A DNA stretch of 64,000 nucleotides from Candidatus Doudnabacteria bacterium (GTDB taxonomy: Bacteria > Patescibacteriota > Doudnabacteria > UBA920 > 2-01-FULL-46-14), in assembly GCA_041497195.1 (NCBI GenBank), contig JBGQGB010000005.1, positions 9,243 through 73,242 of the forward strand, in the 5' to 3' direction. The notes below the pieces were generated by a model that was not told where the DNA came from, did no database searches, and saw only the letters and a list, made by a program, of their open reading frames with translations. The translations under genes and the position numbers were made by a program. The first letter of the stretch is position 1. Every line of letters begins with the position of its first letter. Of the stretch, positions 30,689 through 41,087 are shown one piece after another.

Positions 30689-31372
30689 TTAAAAATCTTG
30701 CTTTTGCATAGCGTCGGCAGCCGCACCGACTTCGGCTTCCTGCTTGGATGGGCCAGACCCCTCGCCGATGAGGCGGTCATCAATATATACCCCGACAATA
30801 AAAGTCTTGGCGTGGTCAGGTCCAGCTTCGGACAAAACCCGATAACTCGGGGTGATGGCCATCTTATCCTGAATGATTTCCTGCAACTGGGATTTGGGGT
30901 CAAGGAACGTCTGCTCCTTCAAAATCTGGGGCAACCGACTGAGGACAAATTGCTCAATAAAAATGCTGGTTGCTGGCATATCTTGATCGAGATAAATCGC
31001 CCCGATCAGTGCCTCCAGAGCGTTAGCCAGGATGACCTGGCGAGCTCGTCCGGTATCTTTAGCCTCGCCCCGAGAGAGCAAAATATAATCTTCGATCCCG
31101 ACATCGCGCGCAATCTCGGCCAGCAATCGATAGTTCACCAAGGAAGAACGCAGGTTCGTGAGCTCCCCTTCCGGGTTTTCAAAATTGCGATAGAGATATT
31201 CGGTGGTGATGAGTTCCAGTACCGCGTCGCCCAAAAACTCTAACCGCTCGTTGTGAGGCAAATGGTAGGACCGGTTTTCGTTGAGATAAGACCGGTGCGT
31301 CAGCGCCGTCTGCAGTAAATCTGAATTTTTGAATTTGATGTTTATTTTCGTCTCGAGTTTGGAGAGATCCAT
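30689..31372 (-). CDS. rnc: Ribonuclease III
   Basis: HNERLEFLGDAVL and dsRBD. Confidence 0.97.
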   Translation of the reverse strand: MDLSKLETKINIKFKNSDLLQTALTHRSYLNENRSYHLPHNERLEFLGDAVLELITTEYLYRNFENPEGELTNLRSSLVNYRLLAEIARDVGIEDYILLSRGEAKDTGRARQVILANALEALIGAIYLDQDMPATSIFIEQFVLSRLPQILKEQTFLDPKSQLQEIIQDKMAITPSYRVLSEAGPDHAKTFIVGVYIDDRLIGEGSGPSKQEAEVGAAADAMQKQDF

Positions 31373-31466
31373 TCGTAGATTTGATCAAAAGGCAAGAGTC
31401 AAACTGCAAAAATAATTTGCACTAGGACTTTTAACTTTTGACGATTGGGTTAAGTTTAAAAACTGC

Positions 31467-31542
31467 TGGTGGGCGGTGCAGGACTTGAACCTGCGACCCC
31501 ATTCACGTCAAGAATGTGCTCTACCAACTGAGCTAACCGCCC
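31467..31542 (-). tRNA. tRNA-Val(GAC)
   Basis: Cloverleaf GGGCGGT...ACCGCCCACCA; anticodon loop TTGACGT; CCA encoded. Confidence 0.95.
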
Positions 31543-31578
31543 ATGTATTCCTGTCCCGTAGTCTGACAAAATAAATTT

Positions 31579-32550
31579 TTAACCTACTGGCTCGGCGGCC
31601 AAAACCTTTTCTTCCTCATTCAATTTGCCGGTTTTGACCATATGCATCACCGCCAAAACCCAAGCGATATTTTGAAAAACCGCAAAAGCAGCGCCGAGCA
31701 GAACAGTATAGGCAACGCTCAACGCGGCCGCTACAATCAAAAGCGCATAAACCCCGGCCACAAAACCCAATTTTATCAACAAAATCGCCAGTATGAAAAT
31801 GGGGATGCTGAGAAGAATTATACTAAAAACTAGAAGAAAGATGAACAATATGCTCAAACCCGCCAGAAAAGCCGCCAAAAGGACGCTTTCTTTGAGTTTT
31901 TGCCAAATCAAATTGAAAGCGTGCTGGATGGCGTCGCCGATGCGGGCGTGATACAAAACGATAAATATTGGCCCATAGATATGAATAAAACTAAAAATCA
32001 AAATGGCCGGCAAAAAAATGACCGCGCCGATAATGGTCAGAATCAGGGCCTTGCCCACGGCCCCAGCCGCGAACATGTAGATAATTGGCACTCCGAAAAT
32101 TGAGAGCAATAGAAAAAAAATAAGGGTGGTAAAAACTTGGAGTCCAATAATCTGCCAGGCATATTTCCGTCCTTGCCGGAAAGCCTGCCGAAACCCCACT
32201 GGTTCGGTAGTGATTTTTCCTTCAGCTTCTTCGGACAATTTCGGGATGGCCCAAACCACAGCCCCCCGCGACAATCCGGACAAAAAAATCAGGCCAACCA
32301 GAACGAGGAGAGCCACACCCACTAACAATGAAAAAATCTGGGGGTGCGAGGCAATCCAAGTAGTCCAGGCCTGAAAAAGTAATTTTGGATTTGGTATCGT
32401 TTGGGGTTTGACCGGAATGAGGTAATTGATGCCGCCGAAATTCAAACCCGTGGTGCCGCCAACGAAAAGTCCGAAAACCCACAGCCAACGATTTTTCAAA
32501 GTCAGCTCGTAAGCTTTTTTAACGATATCGAGATAAGGAAAAGGGGGCAT
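31579..32550 (-). CDS. Multi-TM membrane protein (DUF7544/glycerophosphodiester phosphodiesterase membrane domain-like)
   Basis: WLWVFGLF start motif and about 6 TM segments. Confidence 0.7.
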   Translation of the reverse strand: MPPFPYLDIVKKAYELTLKNRWLWVFGLFVGGTTGLNFGGINYLIPVKPQTIPNPKLLFQAWTTWIASHPQIFSLLVGVALLVLVGLIFLSGLSRGAVVWAIPKLSEEAEGKITTEPVGFRQAFRQGRKYAWQIIGLQVFTTLIFFLLLSIFGVPIIYMFAAGAVGKALILTIIGAVIFLPAILIFSFIHIYGPIFIVLYHARIGDAIQHAFNLIWQKLKESVLLAAFLAGLSILFIFLLVFSIILLSIPIFILAILLIKLGFVAGVYALLIVAAALSVAYTVLLGAAFAVFQNIAWVLAVMHMVKTGKLNEEEKVLAAEPVG

Positions 32551-32556
32551 CGTAAT

Positions 32557-34428
32557 TTAAGCTGCGGCCTTGGCTGGGGTTTTGCTTTGGGCTTTTTTTT
32601 CTGGTGGTAAAATATCAGCGACTATTTGATTAAACTCGGCCTGTTCGATGGTTTCATTTTTAACCAAACGAGCCGCAATCTCATTCAGTTTGGAGCGGTA
32701 TTTTTTGCAAATCTCGAGCGCTGTTTTGTAAGCGGCGCCGAGAAACCTGGAAATTTCTTCATCAATTTTAGTGGCGATTTTTTCCGAATAATTCCGCTGC
32801 TCCCCGATTTCTTTTCCCAAAAACACCAGTTCGTGCCGATCGCCGAAAGTGATCGGCCCTAATTTCTCACTCATGCCGTAGAGCATCACCAGCTTGCGCG
32901 CTAGGTTCGTAGCTGCTTGCAAATCATTAGAAGCACCCGTGGTCAACTGGCCAAAAACTAGCTGTTCGGCCGCATACCCGCCCATGGCCACGGCCAGTTC
33001 GGCGAGAAATTGACTCTTGGTCTGCAAATGCCGGTCTTCGGTGGGCAATTTGAGGGTATAGCCGGCGGCGCGGCCGCGGGAAATCACCGAAACCTTGTGG
33101 ACTGGGTCTGCTTCGGGAAGCGCTGTGGTAACCAAAGCGTGACCTGCCTCGTGATACGCGGCAATTTCTTTTTCGGTTTTCGACAAGATGTGGCTCTTGC
33201 GTTCCGGACCGAGCATAACTTTTTCAATGGCTTCGAAAAACTCCTCCTGGTCAACCTGCTTTTTATTCCGCCGCGCGGCCAAAATCGCTGCTTCATTCAC
33301 CAGGTTCGCCAGATCCGCGCCGGAAAATCCGGGCGTGCGTTCCGCCACGAGCCGCAAGTGCACACTCCGGCCTAAGGGCTTGTTGCGGGCGTGGACTTCC
33401 AAAATCGCTTCGCGATCCTTGATGTCTGGCTGGTCGATGACCACTTGCCGGTCAAACCGGCCGGGTCGCAGCAAGGCCGGATCCAAAACATCTGGCCGGT
33501 TGGTGGCGGCGATGACGATAACGCTCGTATCAGTGTCAAATCCGTCCATTTCCACCAGGATTTGGTTGAGGGTTTGTTCCCGCTCGTCGTGAGAGCCGCC
33601 CAAACCAGCCCCCCGCTGTCGCCCGACTGCGTCAATCTCATCGATAAAAACGATGCAAGGAGAGTTCTTTTTGGCCCGCCGAAACAAATCCCGAGTCCGC
33701 GAGGCGCCGACGCCGACAAACATTTCCACAAATTCCGAACCGGACATGTGAAAAAACGGAACATTGGCTTCCCCAGCCACGGCTCGGGCCAGTAGAGTTT
33801 TGCCGGTACCGGGCGGACCCAAAAGCAAAACCCCTTTGGGAATCCGCGCGCCAATGTTCAAAAACTTCTGCGGATAGCGCAAAAACTCGATAATTTCCCG
33901 CAGTTCCTCTTTGGCTTCCTGCACCCCGGCGACGTCATTGAACGTGACCTTTTGCCGCGGCGTGTTGGTATCAGACAAGCGCGCCTGGGACTGCCCGAAA
34001 GACATGGCTCGGTTGTTTGCGCCGGCGACTTGGCGCATCAAAAAATAAATAAATCCGGCTATGAGTAGGAAAGGAATCAGAAACGGGAGAATCGTGGACA
34101 CAAAAATGGTAGCACCGGAGGGGCCTTTGATTTCAATATTCAAATTGCGCACGGCGGCCGCGGGCACGCCGAGATTGGTCAAACTCTGGGAAAAAGACGA
34201 CTCTGGTTCTTTGGTGGCTTCTTCCTGGGTTCCGTCTTTAAGAATAACGGTAAGTTTATTGTCTGTAATCTGGATTTTGTCGACTTGGCCAGCGGTGACC
34301 TGTTCGGCGACCTTGCTCAAAGGAACTTGGGCGGCAGTGGTGTTGCTGCCCAGGGTCAAACTAAAAATTCCCGCAATGATGAGAAAAATAACCGAAGCTA
34401 CTACTAAATTTTTGACGAATTTTTTCAT
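32557..34428 (-). CDS. ftsH: ATP-dependent zinc metalloprotease FtsH
   Basis: [18 protein letters not shown] region, HEAGH. Confidence 0.97.
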   Translation of the reverse strand: MKKFVKNLVVASVIFLIIAGIFSLTLGSNTTAAQVPLSKVAEQVTAGQVDKIQITDNKLTVILKDGTQEEATKEPESSFSQSLTNLGVPAAAVRNLNIEIKGPSGATIFVSTILPFLIPFLLIAGFIYFLMRQVAGANNRAMSFGQSQARLSDTNTPRQKVTFNDVAGVQEAKEELREIIEFLRYPQKFLNIGARIPKGVLLLGPPGTGKTLLARAVAGEANVPFFHMSGSEFVEMFVGVGASRTRDLFRRAKKNSPCIVFIDEIDAVGRQRGAGLGGSHDEREQTLNQILVEMDGFDTDTSVIVIAATNRPDVLDPALLRPGRFDRQVVIDQPDIKDREAILEVHARNKPLGRSVHLRLVAERTPGFSGADLANLVNEAAILAARRNKKQVDQEEFFEAIEKVMLGPERKSHILSKTEKEIAAYHEAGHALVTTALPEADPVHKVSVISRGRAAGYTLKLPTEDRHLQTKSQFLAELAVAMGGYAAEQLVFGQLTTGASNDLQAATNLARKLVMLYGMSEKLGPITFGDRHELVFLGKEIGEQRNYSEKIATKIDEEISRFLGAAYKTALEICKKYRSKLNEIAARLVKNETIEQAEFNQIVADILPPEKKAQSKTPAKAAA

Positions 34429-34581
34429 AATATAGAAATTATATCCTCAAAAACGTTCGCTCGCAAGGGACAAAGGGGCCCCGGAAAATCTTTTGATTTT
34501 TGGGGAGAGGGGGCATTCATTTGAAAACCGTAGCCGAACGGCTCTGCGCCCTTGGCGAAGGTAGAAACATGAATTGACCCA

Positions 34582-34668
34582 TGGTGCCCCCGGCAGGACT
34601 TGCACCCGCACGACCTTTCGGTCACAAGGTCCTAAACCTTGTGTGTCTGCTAATTCCACCACGGGGGC
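34582..34668 (-). tRNA. tRNA-Leu(TAG)
   Basis: GCCCCCG/CGGGGGC acceptor stem, anticodon loop TTTAGGA, long variable arm, ACCA end. Confidence 0.93.
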
Positions 34669-34781
34669 GCTTCAGCCCTCGAATTATACCGAAAAACTTC
34701 AGGATTGACAAGGCATTGAAAATCTGGTATTGTTTCCACTCAACCAAAAGGGGGAAAAAATTCTACTAAGGAGCGAAGAAT

Positions 34782-35189
34782 ATGAGAGAACGCCTTGCAA
34801 GATTTTGGCTATCGCTGCGCAAGTGGCTCAGTGAAAGGGGAAAAACCAACCAATCAGGCTGGTACAGAAAATTCGTAATGATGTTCGTGGCCACTACCAG
34901 AAGCCAACTCCAAAGCATGTTCGACTTTGTCGGCGACATTCTCTACTGGGTGCCAGTCGCAGTAGCTGCGGTTTTGGCGGCAATCTCAGTAGTGTTTGCC
35001 ATATTGCAGAAGGAGTTCCCGATTACCGCTTACATTTGGCCAACAGCTTTAGTTCTCGCTTTTTCACTCCTCTTCTGCCGACTTGTGCTACTTAGACGAT
35101 CAGGACTGGCTGTTCTCTTCTGGGGAACAATCAATCCGCTCACAATCATCTGGGTCGCTGGCTGGGCAGTCTGGATCTCGCGCTCTTAG
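34782..35189 (+). CDS. Hypothetical membrane protein
   Basis: TAAGGAG RBS, three TM segments, followed by terminator-like hairpin at about 35210-35240. Confidence 0.65.
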   Translation: MRERLARFWLSLRKWLSERGKTNQSGWYRKFVMMFVATTRSQLQSMFDFVGDILYWVPVAVAAVLAAISVVFAILQKEFPITAYIWPTALVLAFSLLFCRLVLLRRSGLAVLFWGTINPLTIIWVAGWAVWISRS

Positions 35190-35252
35190 CGTTTGAACTA
35201 AAACAACCCAAAAGGGGGGCTTTCGAGCTCTCCTTTTGTTTTTGTCTAATTA

Positions 35253-35281
35253 TTGACAAAATGCCCAAAATTTGCTATTAT
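35253..35281 (+). promoter_or_regulatory. Sigma70-type promoter of the CSD operon
   Basis: TTGACA-17-TATTAT. Confidence 0.7.
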
Positions 35282-35499
35282 GCACTGTCAAAAAACAATT
35301 AAATCAAATGGATTTTTAAGCCTAGGGAACAGGTCTCAAAGGCGAAGAATTTTGCTACTTGTTCTTTGGGCTTACGGTTCGATCCCGTAACTCAAGATCT
35401 TTACCATCCAAGGATTTCAATTTCGCTTCGCTCGTTTTGCGTTTCTTCCGATTTCAGCAAAATCGGTGGCGCCGCTTGCGTGTGGAGCAGGAGGAAAAT

Positions 35500-36099
35500 A
35501 TGAAGGGAAAGATAACAAAATTCCTGACTAACAAAGGCTTCGGTTTTATCGAGCCAGAGGACGGTCAGGGAGATGTTTTCATGCCGCCGAGGTCTTGGGT
35601 CGCGGGATACAACCCGAAGCCTAACGACGAGGTGGAATACGAGCTGGACACTGCGCGGAAGGGTAAATCCCGTGCCGCGAAGAATGTCCGACTCGCAAGC
35701 TCATCAGCCACTTCCTATTCTCCCGCGCCTTCAGAAGCAAAGGGGGGAAAGGAAGAACTCAAAAAAGCCACTCCCACTTCCACGCAAGCTCCAGTCCGAC
35801 AGATTGCGGCTGACCCAGATCTCGACCCGGACAGCAAGGGACGATTCAGGGTCAGTATTTGCACCAGGGATAAGGCAGGCAAACCACATGAGATGAACTT
35901 TCGCGCCATCGTTCTTCAAGGAGAAAAAGTAAAATTCTTCAAGAAGAACGGGGCAGGGTTCACCGAAGTGGGCAACCTCGATTTGCGTACTGGGTCATCT
36001 GGCCGCCTCGAGCTATATCTAAAGTTCGCAGGCGAACAGGCCACAGTCAAGTTTGAGCTCGACAACGCACAATGCATTGTATCCGATTTTACGAAATAG
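35500..36099 (+). CDS. Cold-shock domain protein fused to an unknown C-terminal domain
   Basis: MKGKITKFLTNKGFGFI (RNP1) and DVFM; S/P/A/T linker; AGGAGG RBS. Confidence 0.8.
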   Translation: MKGKITKFLTNKGFGFIEPEDGQGDVFMPPRSWVAGYNPKPNDEVEYELDTARKGKSRAAKNVRLASSSATSYSPAPSEAKGGKEELKKATPTSTQAPVRQIAADPDLDPDSKGRFRVSICTRDKAGKPHEMNFRAIVLQGEKVKFFKKNGAGFTEVGNLDLRTGSSGRLELYLKFAGEQATVKFELDNAQCIVSDFTK

Positions 36100-36108
36100 G
36101 AGGAAACT

Positions 36109-36699
36109 ATGTCAGACAAGAGCTTGGCAGAAGCATTACTGGGAGACGTCGCCACCGCGGCACTGCTCTCCTTTTTTCTCTCTCTGCGCGAGGGCAAGAT
36201 GCGGATAGACCCGGAAAAACTTCGGAAAGAAGCGCCTCACGCAGTCAAGACAGCCGAACATGAGGCAACCTACGCGGGGGTCATCGCAGAGCTACCTGAC
36301 GCCCTCAAGAAAAGGCTCCTGGAAAGATGGATGCCAAGTCTGGGGCGCAACCAACACGCAGACCTTGTTCTGTCAGTCAAAGACATGGCTGGCAAGGACG
36401 AGCGGAAAAAGGCAATAGAGCTACTCACCTACATCGCTCACCGTCCGACCAACAAGGACAAAACCAAGGCCGCGGTTCATATCAAGTTCATGAAGCTCCA
36501 CGAGAAAGACTACAAAATAGTACAGCTTCTAAACGCGGCACAAAAACTCCGTGATGAAGGTGAGAAGGTCTACGATTGGCTGAAAGAAAAACTCACGGAA
36601 CTGGACAAGTGGCTAAAGATTTTACCAACAGGAACAACCATTCGCACGAACGCTCAAGGATTTCGAGCGCGCGCGGCTGCAGCACGGGCACGCCTCTAA
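36109..36699 (+). CDS. Hypothetical basic helical protein
   Basis: AGGAGG RBS overlapping the previous stop; 196-aa ORF. Confidence 0.75.
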   Translation: MSDKSLAEALLGDVATAALLSFFLSLREGKMRIDPEKLRKEAPHAVKTAEHEATYAGVIAELPDALKKRLLERWMPSLGRNQHADLVLSVKDMAGKDERKKAIELLTYIAHRPTNKDKTKAAVHIKFMKLHEKDYKIVQLLNAAQKLRDEGEKVYDWLKEKLTELDKWLKILPTGTTIRTNAQGFRARAAAARARL

Positions 36700-36720
36700 G
36701 GCTGCGAAAGGAGAATAAAA

Positions 36721-38781
36721 ATGGAGTTCATTTCTGCAGTGATTTACGCAGCCCTGATCGGACTGGGCCTGCGGCGGTTCGTATGGTTTCGTCAAAGCGT
36801 TGGTGATTATGTCGTTGGCGCGAGGGATTACGGCATAGTCGGCGCAACCCTGACATGGCGCTGGACCAGGCAGTTTCTCATCTGCCTAGTTGTAGTCGCC
36901 ATGTTTTTCCTCGGCCTCCTGACAATGGCAATTCTCTCTGGCAACGAACTCTTTTTGCTGGGAGTCCTGCTTCTGGAGGCGATCCCAGTGTTTTTTGCAG
37001 CCCTTACTCTCCACATCTTGCGGCGACCGCTTGCCGAGTCAGGGAAGTTGCTTCGCGAGAACGGAAACTGGCTGCGTAAAAGCATGGGCAACGGCATCAA
37101 GTTGTTCAAGCTGGAGAGTGCCAAGGTTGGCGAGATGAAAGTGCTGGACGCAATCGAGTATCTTGCCAAGTTTGGCCTAAACCTCGGCATAAGCGTGCTA
37201 AACGGTTTTTATCTTCTGCTTGCTCTTCCGGTCAAGCTGACGGGTGGTGCAATCGAGGTCATCGGTCGGCTCGTTGAGTCAGCCGAAAAACCCGCGCGCT
37301 GGTTTGCAAGACTCCTCGCAGGTCTTTCACTCACTCTCCTCTTCCTCACCGCTGTGGCTATCTGGGATTTGCAGTATGACCTGGGCATACTCAAAGATCC
37401 TCTGGTCATCGGTCTCGTAAGCCTCATCGCCATGGTGTCGATCACCCTCGGAATCTTCGCGGGGGATGCCTTCAGCGGTGGAGCACGCAAATCCCGGAGT
37501 CCTGCTTTTTACGGAGGATTTGCAATCCTGCTTCTGGGTACTGTTCTCGCTAGTCGAATCTTCCCCAAAATTTCCAATGGGGTCGTATATATAATTGAGA
37601 ACGGACACACGGCGGCAGTACGTACCATCAGGGCTCTGGGTCTTCGTAGTGATGCGACGGACGATATTTTTGTCCGCGCGAGGTTCGCCACGAAGATTCA
37701 ATATCAAGCAAAATCTGACGTACTATCCGGCAAGGTCCAATGGGAAAAGATCGAAACCCCAGAGATTCCGATAAACGCATGCGGGGTAGTCGTCCGACCA
37801 AAGGATCGCGCCGAAAAAACAGGTACTCGCCGAGCCATGGTTGAGGTCTACTGGGCAACCCCGGAGGATCCCGACCTGGTCTTGGTGGATACCAAAATCC
37901 AGTCAGGCCGAGCCGAAACCAGATGGGTACCTGACGACTGGGTTGAGAAGATCGACGGGAGATGCAGTTACTCCCAGCCGCTACCTCCTCAGCCAGTTGC
38001 TAGTCTCAAACCTATCTGGTTGACACCGCAAATACCTGTCTCGCCACCAGGCGCAGCAGTACTGCCAGCAGACGTGGCCGGGATGGTTCAAGCGGCAGCT
38101 GCGAAAAACGGCGCGCCACTGGACCTCATGACCGCGATCTGCGTCCACGAGTCGGGATGCAATCTCAACGCTCCCGACGGCCGCAATGGCGAGATCTGCG
38201 CTATGCAGGTCAAGCCAGACACGGCGAGGCAATTCGGGACAGAGCCACAATCGCTTCGCAATCCAGAAGTTTGCTTTGATACTGCAGCCAGAATCTTGGC
38301 CAAGTATCAGGCAGACTACGGGATGAAGCGAACCGATCTCGTGGCCCTCGCATACAATGCCGGCGCTGGCACTGCGGACAAGTATCTCAATGTCCCGTGG
38401 GGCCAAGTTCCGGCAGAAGCACTACGTGGAGTGAATGCGCAAGGCGTGCCTTACGATGCCTACGCATATACAAACGCTGTGTTGGGGATTCTGAGCCGGG
38501 GGGGCGGACAAGTATTTACTGCCCGAACCAACCACTCAACAGCAAGCATAGTCACCGTGGCCTGGGTGATTAATAACAGGCCCCAGCCGATTCTGGTCTG
38601 CCATTCGAGGGACCAGGAAGGTGACTGCAGTACTATACCGCCTGGCAAAGGGTGGTATGGCAGTGTCGGCGCCGAGCTCCGGGAAGGAGAACGGCTCACA
38701 GTCAAAGACACAGGGGGAAATATTCTCCGTGTCGTCACGCTGTCTGACGAGCTCTCGTCAGGCGGCAAAGTCTATATCTAA
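36721..38781 (+). CDS. Multi-TM membrane protein with C-terminal soluble lytic transglycosylase (SLT) domain
   Basis: SLT motifs ICVHESG, CAMQV and LAYNAGAG; many N-terminal TM helices; AAGGAG RBS. Confidence 0.78.
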   Translation: MEFISAVIYAALIGLGLRRFVWFRQSVGDYVVGARDYGIVGATLTWRWTRQFLICLVVVAMFFLGLLTMAILSGNELFLLGVLLLEAIPVFFAALTLHILRRPLAESGKLLRENGNWLRKSMGNGIKLFKLESAKVGEMKVLDAIEYLAKFGLNLGISVLNGFYLLLALPVKLTGGAIEVIGRLVESAEKPARWFARLLAGLSLTLLFLTAVAIWDLQYDLGILKDPLVIGLVSLIAMVSITLGIFAGDAFSGGARKSRSPAFYGGFAILLLGTVLASRIFPKISNGVVYIIENGHTAAVRTIRALGLRSDATDDIFVRARFATKIQYQAKSDVLSGKVQWEKIETPEIPINACGVVVRPKDRAEKTGTRRAMVEVYWATPEDPDLVLVDTKIQSGRAETRWVPDDWVEKIDGRCSYSQPLPPQPVASLKPIWLTPQIPVSPPGAAVLPADVAGMVQAAAAKNGAPLDLMTAICVHESGCNLNAPDGRNGEICAMQVKPDTARQFGTEPQSLRNPEVCFDTAARILAKYQADYGMKRTDLVALAYNAGAGTADKYLNVPWGQVPAEALRGVNAQGVPYDAYAYTNAVLGILSRGGGQVFTARTNHSTASIVTVAWVINNRPQPILVCHSRDQEGDCSTIPPGKGWYGSVGAELREGERLTVKDTGGNILRVVTLSDELSSGGKVYI

Positions 38782-38818
38782 GGAGGACTACCGCGCCCAG
38801 CAAGGGCGCAATCACAAA

Positions 38819-38868
38819 ACCCGGGAAGAAAGTCGCAAATGCGACAATCTTCCCGGGTAATTTTTTTT
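38819..38868. terminator. Terminator between convergent SLT operon and pilin array
   Basis: acccgggaaga/tcttcccgggt stem followed by T8. Confidence 0.75.
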
Positions 38869-38885
38869 GCCAAAAAAATCCTGCC

Positions 38886-39251
38886 CTAAACCACACCCAA
38901 GGTCAAAGCATTGGCAATCACGCGGACAATCACGAAAGACAAGATCACGATGACAATACCGATGATGGCATGGGTAATGGTCAGTTTGGCTGCCTCAGCT
39001 TGTTCCTCATTGCCGTGCGCAGTCACATACCGAAACCCGCCGATAATCACGTACAAGACTGCCACCAGTCCGACTACAGCCAGGAGAATATTAATGATAT
39101 AGATGATCAGCATCGTGGCAGTCAAAGAGCCGGCTGGCCCGAAGAAACCGATGACCCAGGGGACCGGGACCGGGCCAGTTCCCGGGGTGACCACGCCTAC
39201 CAGCACAGAGGCTGGAACCGATTTTTTGATTTTTTGGAAAAGTTTTGCCAT
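38886..39251 (-). CDS. VirB2/TrbC-like (T4SS-type) pilin
   Basis: GGFRYVTAHGNEEQAEAAKLTITHAIIGIVIVILSF motif between two TM helices. Confidence 0.8.
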   Translation of the reverse strand: MAKLFQKIKKSVPASVLVGVVTPGTGPVPVPWVIGFFGPAGSLTATMLIIYIINILLAVVGLVAVLYVIIGGFRYVTAHGNEEQAEAAKLTITHAIIGIVIVILSFVIVRVIANALTLGVV

Positions 39252-39254
39252 GGT

Positions 39255-39665
39255 TTAGGGGACTCCAGTTACCAAAACGTTTGTGACGATTGTGATGACC
39301 GCAAAAGACAGAATCACAATAACCAATCCGACCACGGCCTGCACCATCATTTTCTTGGCTGCTTCCGTGGCTTCCTCGTTGCCTGCCGCAGTCAGATAGC
39401 GAAACGCCCCGATAATCAAAAAGAGCACTGCCAAGGTCCCGACAATCAGGAGGGCGATGTCCAAAATCAAAGTCGTGATATTACCAAAAGTCGTGCTGCC
39501 GGCCGGACCAGAGGCGCCGTTTAAAGGACAGGGTACTCGGACGAAAGTGCTGCCGCCAACATTACAAAAACCTGCCGCTGCCTGAACCTGCGGTACCATC
39601 ATCAGGAACAAAAAAACCGCAGACAAGATTAGAAAACTGATTCCCCCGAAATAGCCTCTGCTCAT
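39255..39665 (-). CDS. VirB2/TrbC-like pilin
   Basis: GAFRYLTAAGNEEATEAAKK motif; signal peptide; Cys pair. Confidence 0.8.
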   Translation of the reverse strand: MSRGYFGGISFLILSAVFLFLMMVPQVQAAAGFCNVGGSTFVRVPCPLNGASGPAGSTTFGNITTLILDIALLIVGTLAVLFLIIGAFRYLTAAGNEEATEAAKKMMVQAVVGLVIVILSFAVITIVTNVLVTGVP

Positions 39666-40060
39666 AGTCCGAGCCCTCCCGTGCCTTGCAGTAACACTGA
39701 AGAAATAATCTGCACGATGGCAAAGGACAAAAGCACCACCACCAGACCAATGATTGCACCAGTGATGGTTTTCTTGGCTGCCTCAGTTTGCTCTTCATTG
39801 CCATGGGCGATGACGTAGCGATAGCCGCCAATGATCAACCACACTGTGGCCACAGTCCCCACCACAATCAGTAAAATTTGTACGACAAGTAACGCCAAGC
39901 TCCCCAAGGTATTAGCTCCGGCCGGGGAACCAGACCCGGCGCCAAAGGCTGGCCCGAGATTCTGGAAAGTGGGGGAATTGATCCCTGACTGGGCCAGATA
40001 AATAGCTGAGAAATAGCTGCCGATTTTCGCGACTGAATTGGCAATTTTATTTTTGTGCAT
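39662..40060 (-). CDS. VirB2/TrbC-like pilin
   Basis: GGYRYVIAHGNEEQTEAAKKTITGAIIG. Confidence 0.8.
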   Translation of the reverse strand: MHKNKIANSVAKIGSYFSAIYLAQSGINSPTFQNLGPAFGAGSGSPAGANTLGSLALLVVQILLIVVGTVATVWLIIGGYRYVIAHGNEEQTEAAKKTITGAIIGLVVVLLSFAIVQIISSVLLQGTGGLGL

Positions 40061-40203
40061 ACATCAGGTGAGCGAGCTCACCATAAGCCGATTGAGTACG
40101 CCACTTCAAAGTCCAAAAATATGGAACAATTTGGAGGCGTACTCAATCAGAGCCTACATAGGATTGTCTTTTTTTAAAAAAGGATTGCCGCTGACAAATG
40201 AGT

Positions 40204-40578
40204 CTAGACTGTATTGCTGATCAGAGCATTGGCAATCACACGGACGATCACGAAAGACAAGATTATAATCACGATACCGATGATGGCATTGGTGATGGTC
40301 TTTTTCGCTGACTCGGATGATTCTTCATTGCCACCGGCGGTGATGTAGCGGAACCCACCAATGATCAGAAAGACGACAGCGACCAAGCCCGCCACAGCCA
40401 AAAGAATCTGAATGACGGTGAGCAAGATCTGGGAAAAGCTGGCCTGATTCGGCAAGTTCGTGCCAGTCGAATTCGGCACATTAAACTGCGCCCCGGCGGT
40501 AAAGGGCATCAAGGCCAGACTCAACATGGTCACTATGGTCAAAACATTCGCGATTTTAATCAGATTGTAATTTCTCAT
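40204..40578 (-). CDS. VirB2/TrbC-like pilin
   Basis: GGFRYITAGGNEESSESAKKTITNAIIG. Confidence 0.82.
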   Translation of the reverse strand: MRNYNLIKIANVLTIVTMLSLALMPFTAGAQFNVPNSTGTNLPNQASFSQILLTVIQILLAVAGLVAVVFLIIGGFRYITAGGNEESSESAKKTITNAIIGIVIIILSFVIVRVIANALISNTV

Positions 40579-40688
40579 TTTATTTCAAGTATCCCTAAAT
40601 TAATGGCTAAATAACCTCGACCTGGTTACGTGTAAATGTAAGGTTTAACTAGCTGAACCAATTATCAACAACTGAACCAATTATAGTA

Positions 40689-41081
40689 TTACGAGGGCTG
40701 TGTCGTCAAAAGCGTATTCACAATCGACACAATCGCGTAGGCCATCACGATAATCACGATGCCGATTATGGCGCTAGTGACAGTCTTTTTGGCTTTCTCC
40801 ATAGCCTCTTCATTGCCGCGGGAGGAGACATACTGAAAGCCTCCAATCATCAGAAATACTACCGCGATTGCTCCGGCAAAAGTCAGAAGTGTCAGCACAG
40901 CCTTAGCCAATAAATCACCAAAATTATCAATATGAACCAGGTAGTCTGGAGCCGGGTTTTGGATTGCCCCGGGCGTTCCGACATTGCCAGTGCCAGCGGC
41001 GGCTGGCAGAGCTGCAAACAAACTCACTAACAAAACCAGGACAGAGGAAATGAGAGCAAAAAATTTTATTTTTTGTTTCAT
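40689..41081 (-). CDS. VirB2/TrbC-like pilin
   Basis: GGFQYVSSRGNEEAMEKAKKTVTSAIIG. Confidence 0.8.
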   Translation of the reverse strand: MKQKIKFFALISSVLVLLVSLFAALPAAAGTGNVGTPGAIQNPAPDYLVHIDNFGDLLAKAVLTLLTFAGAIAVVFLMIGGFQYVSSRGNEEAMEKAKKTVTSAIIGIVIIVMAYAIVSIVNTLLTTQPS

Positions 41082-41087
41082 GCGATT

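Noticed and set aside
34782-38781. Prophage next to tRNA-Leu (SLT read as a tail lysin)
   Set aside because: No integrase, capsid, terminase or tail genes. The region is on the 5' side of the tRNA and no att duplication was seen.
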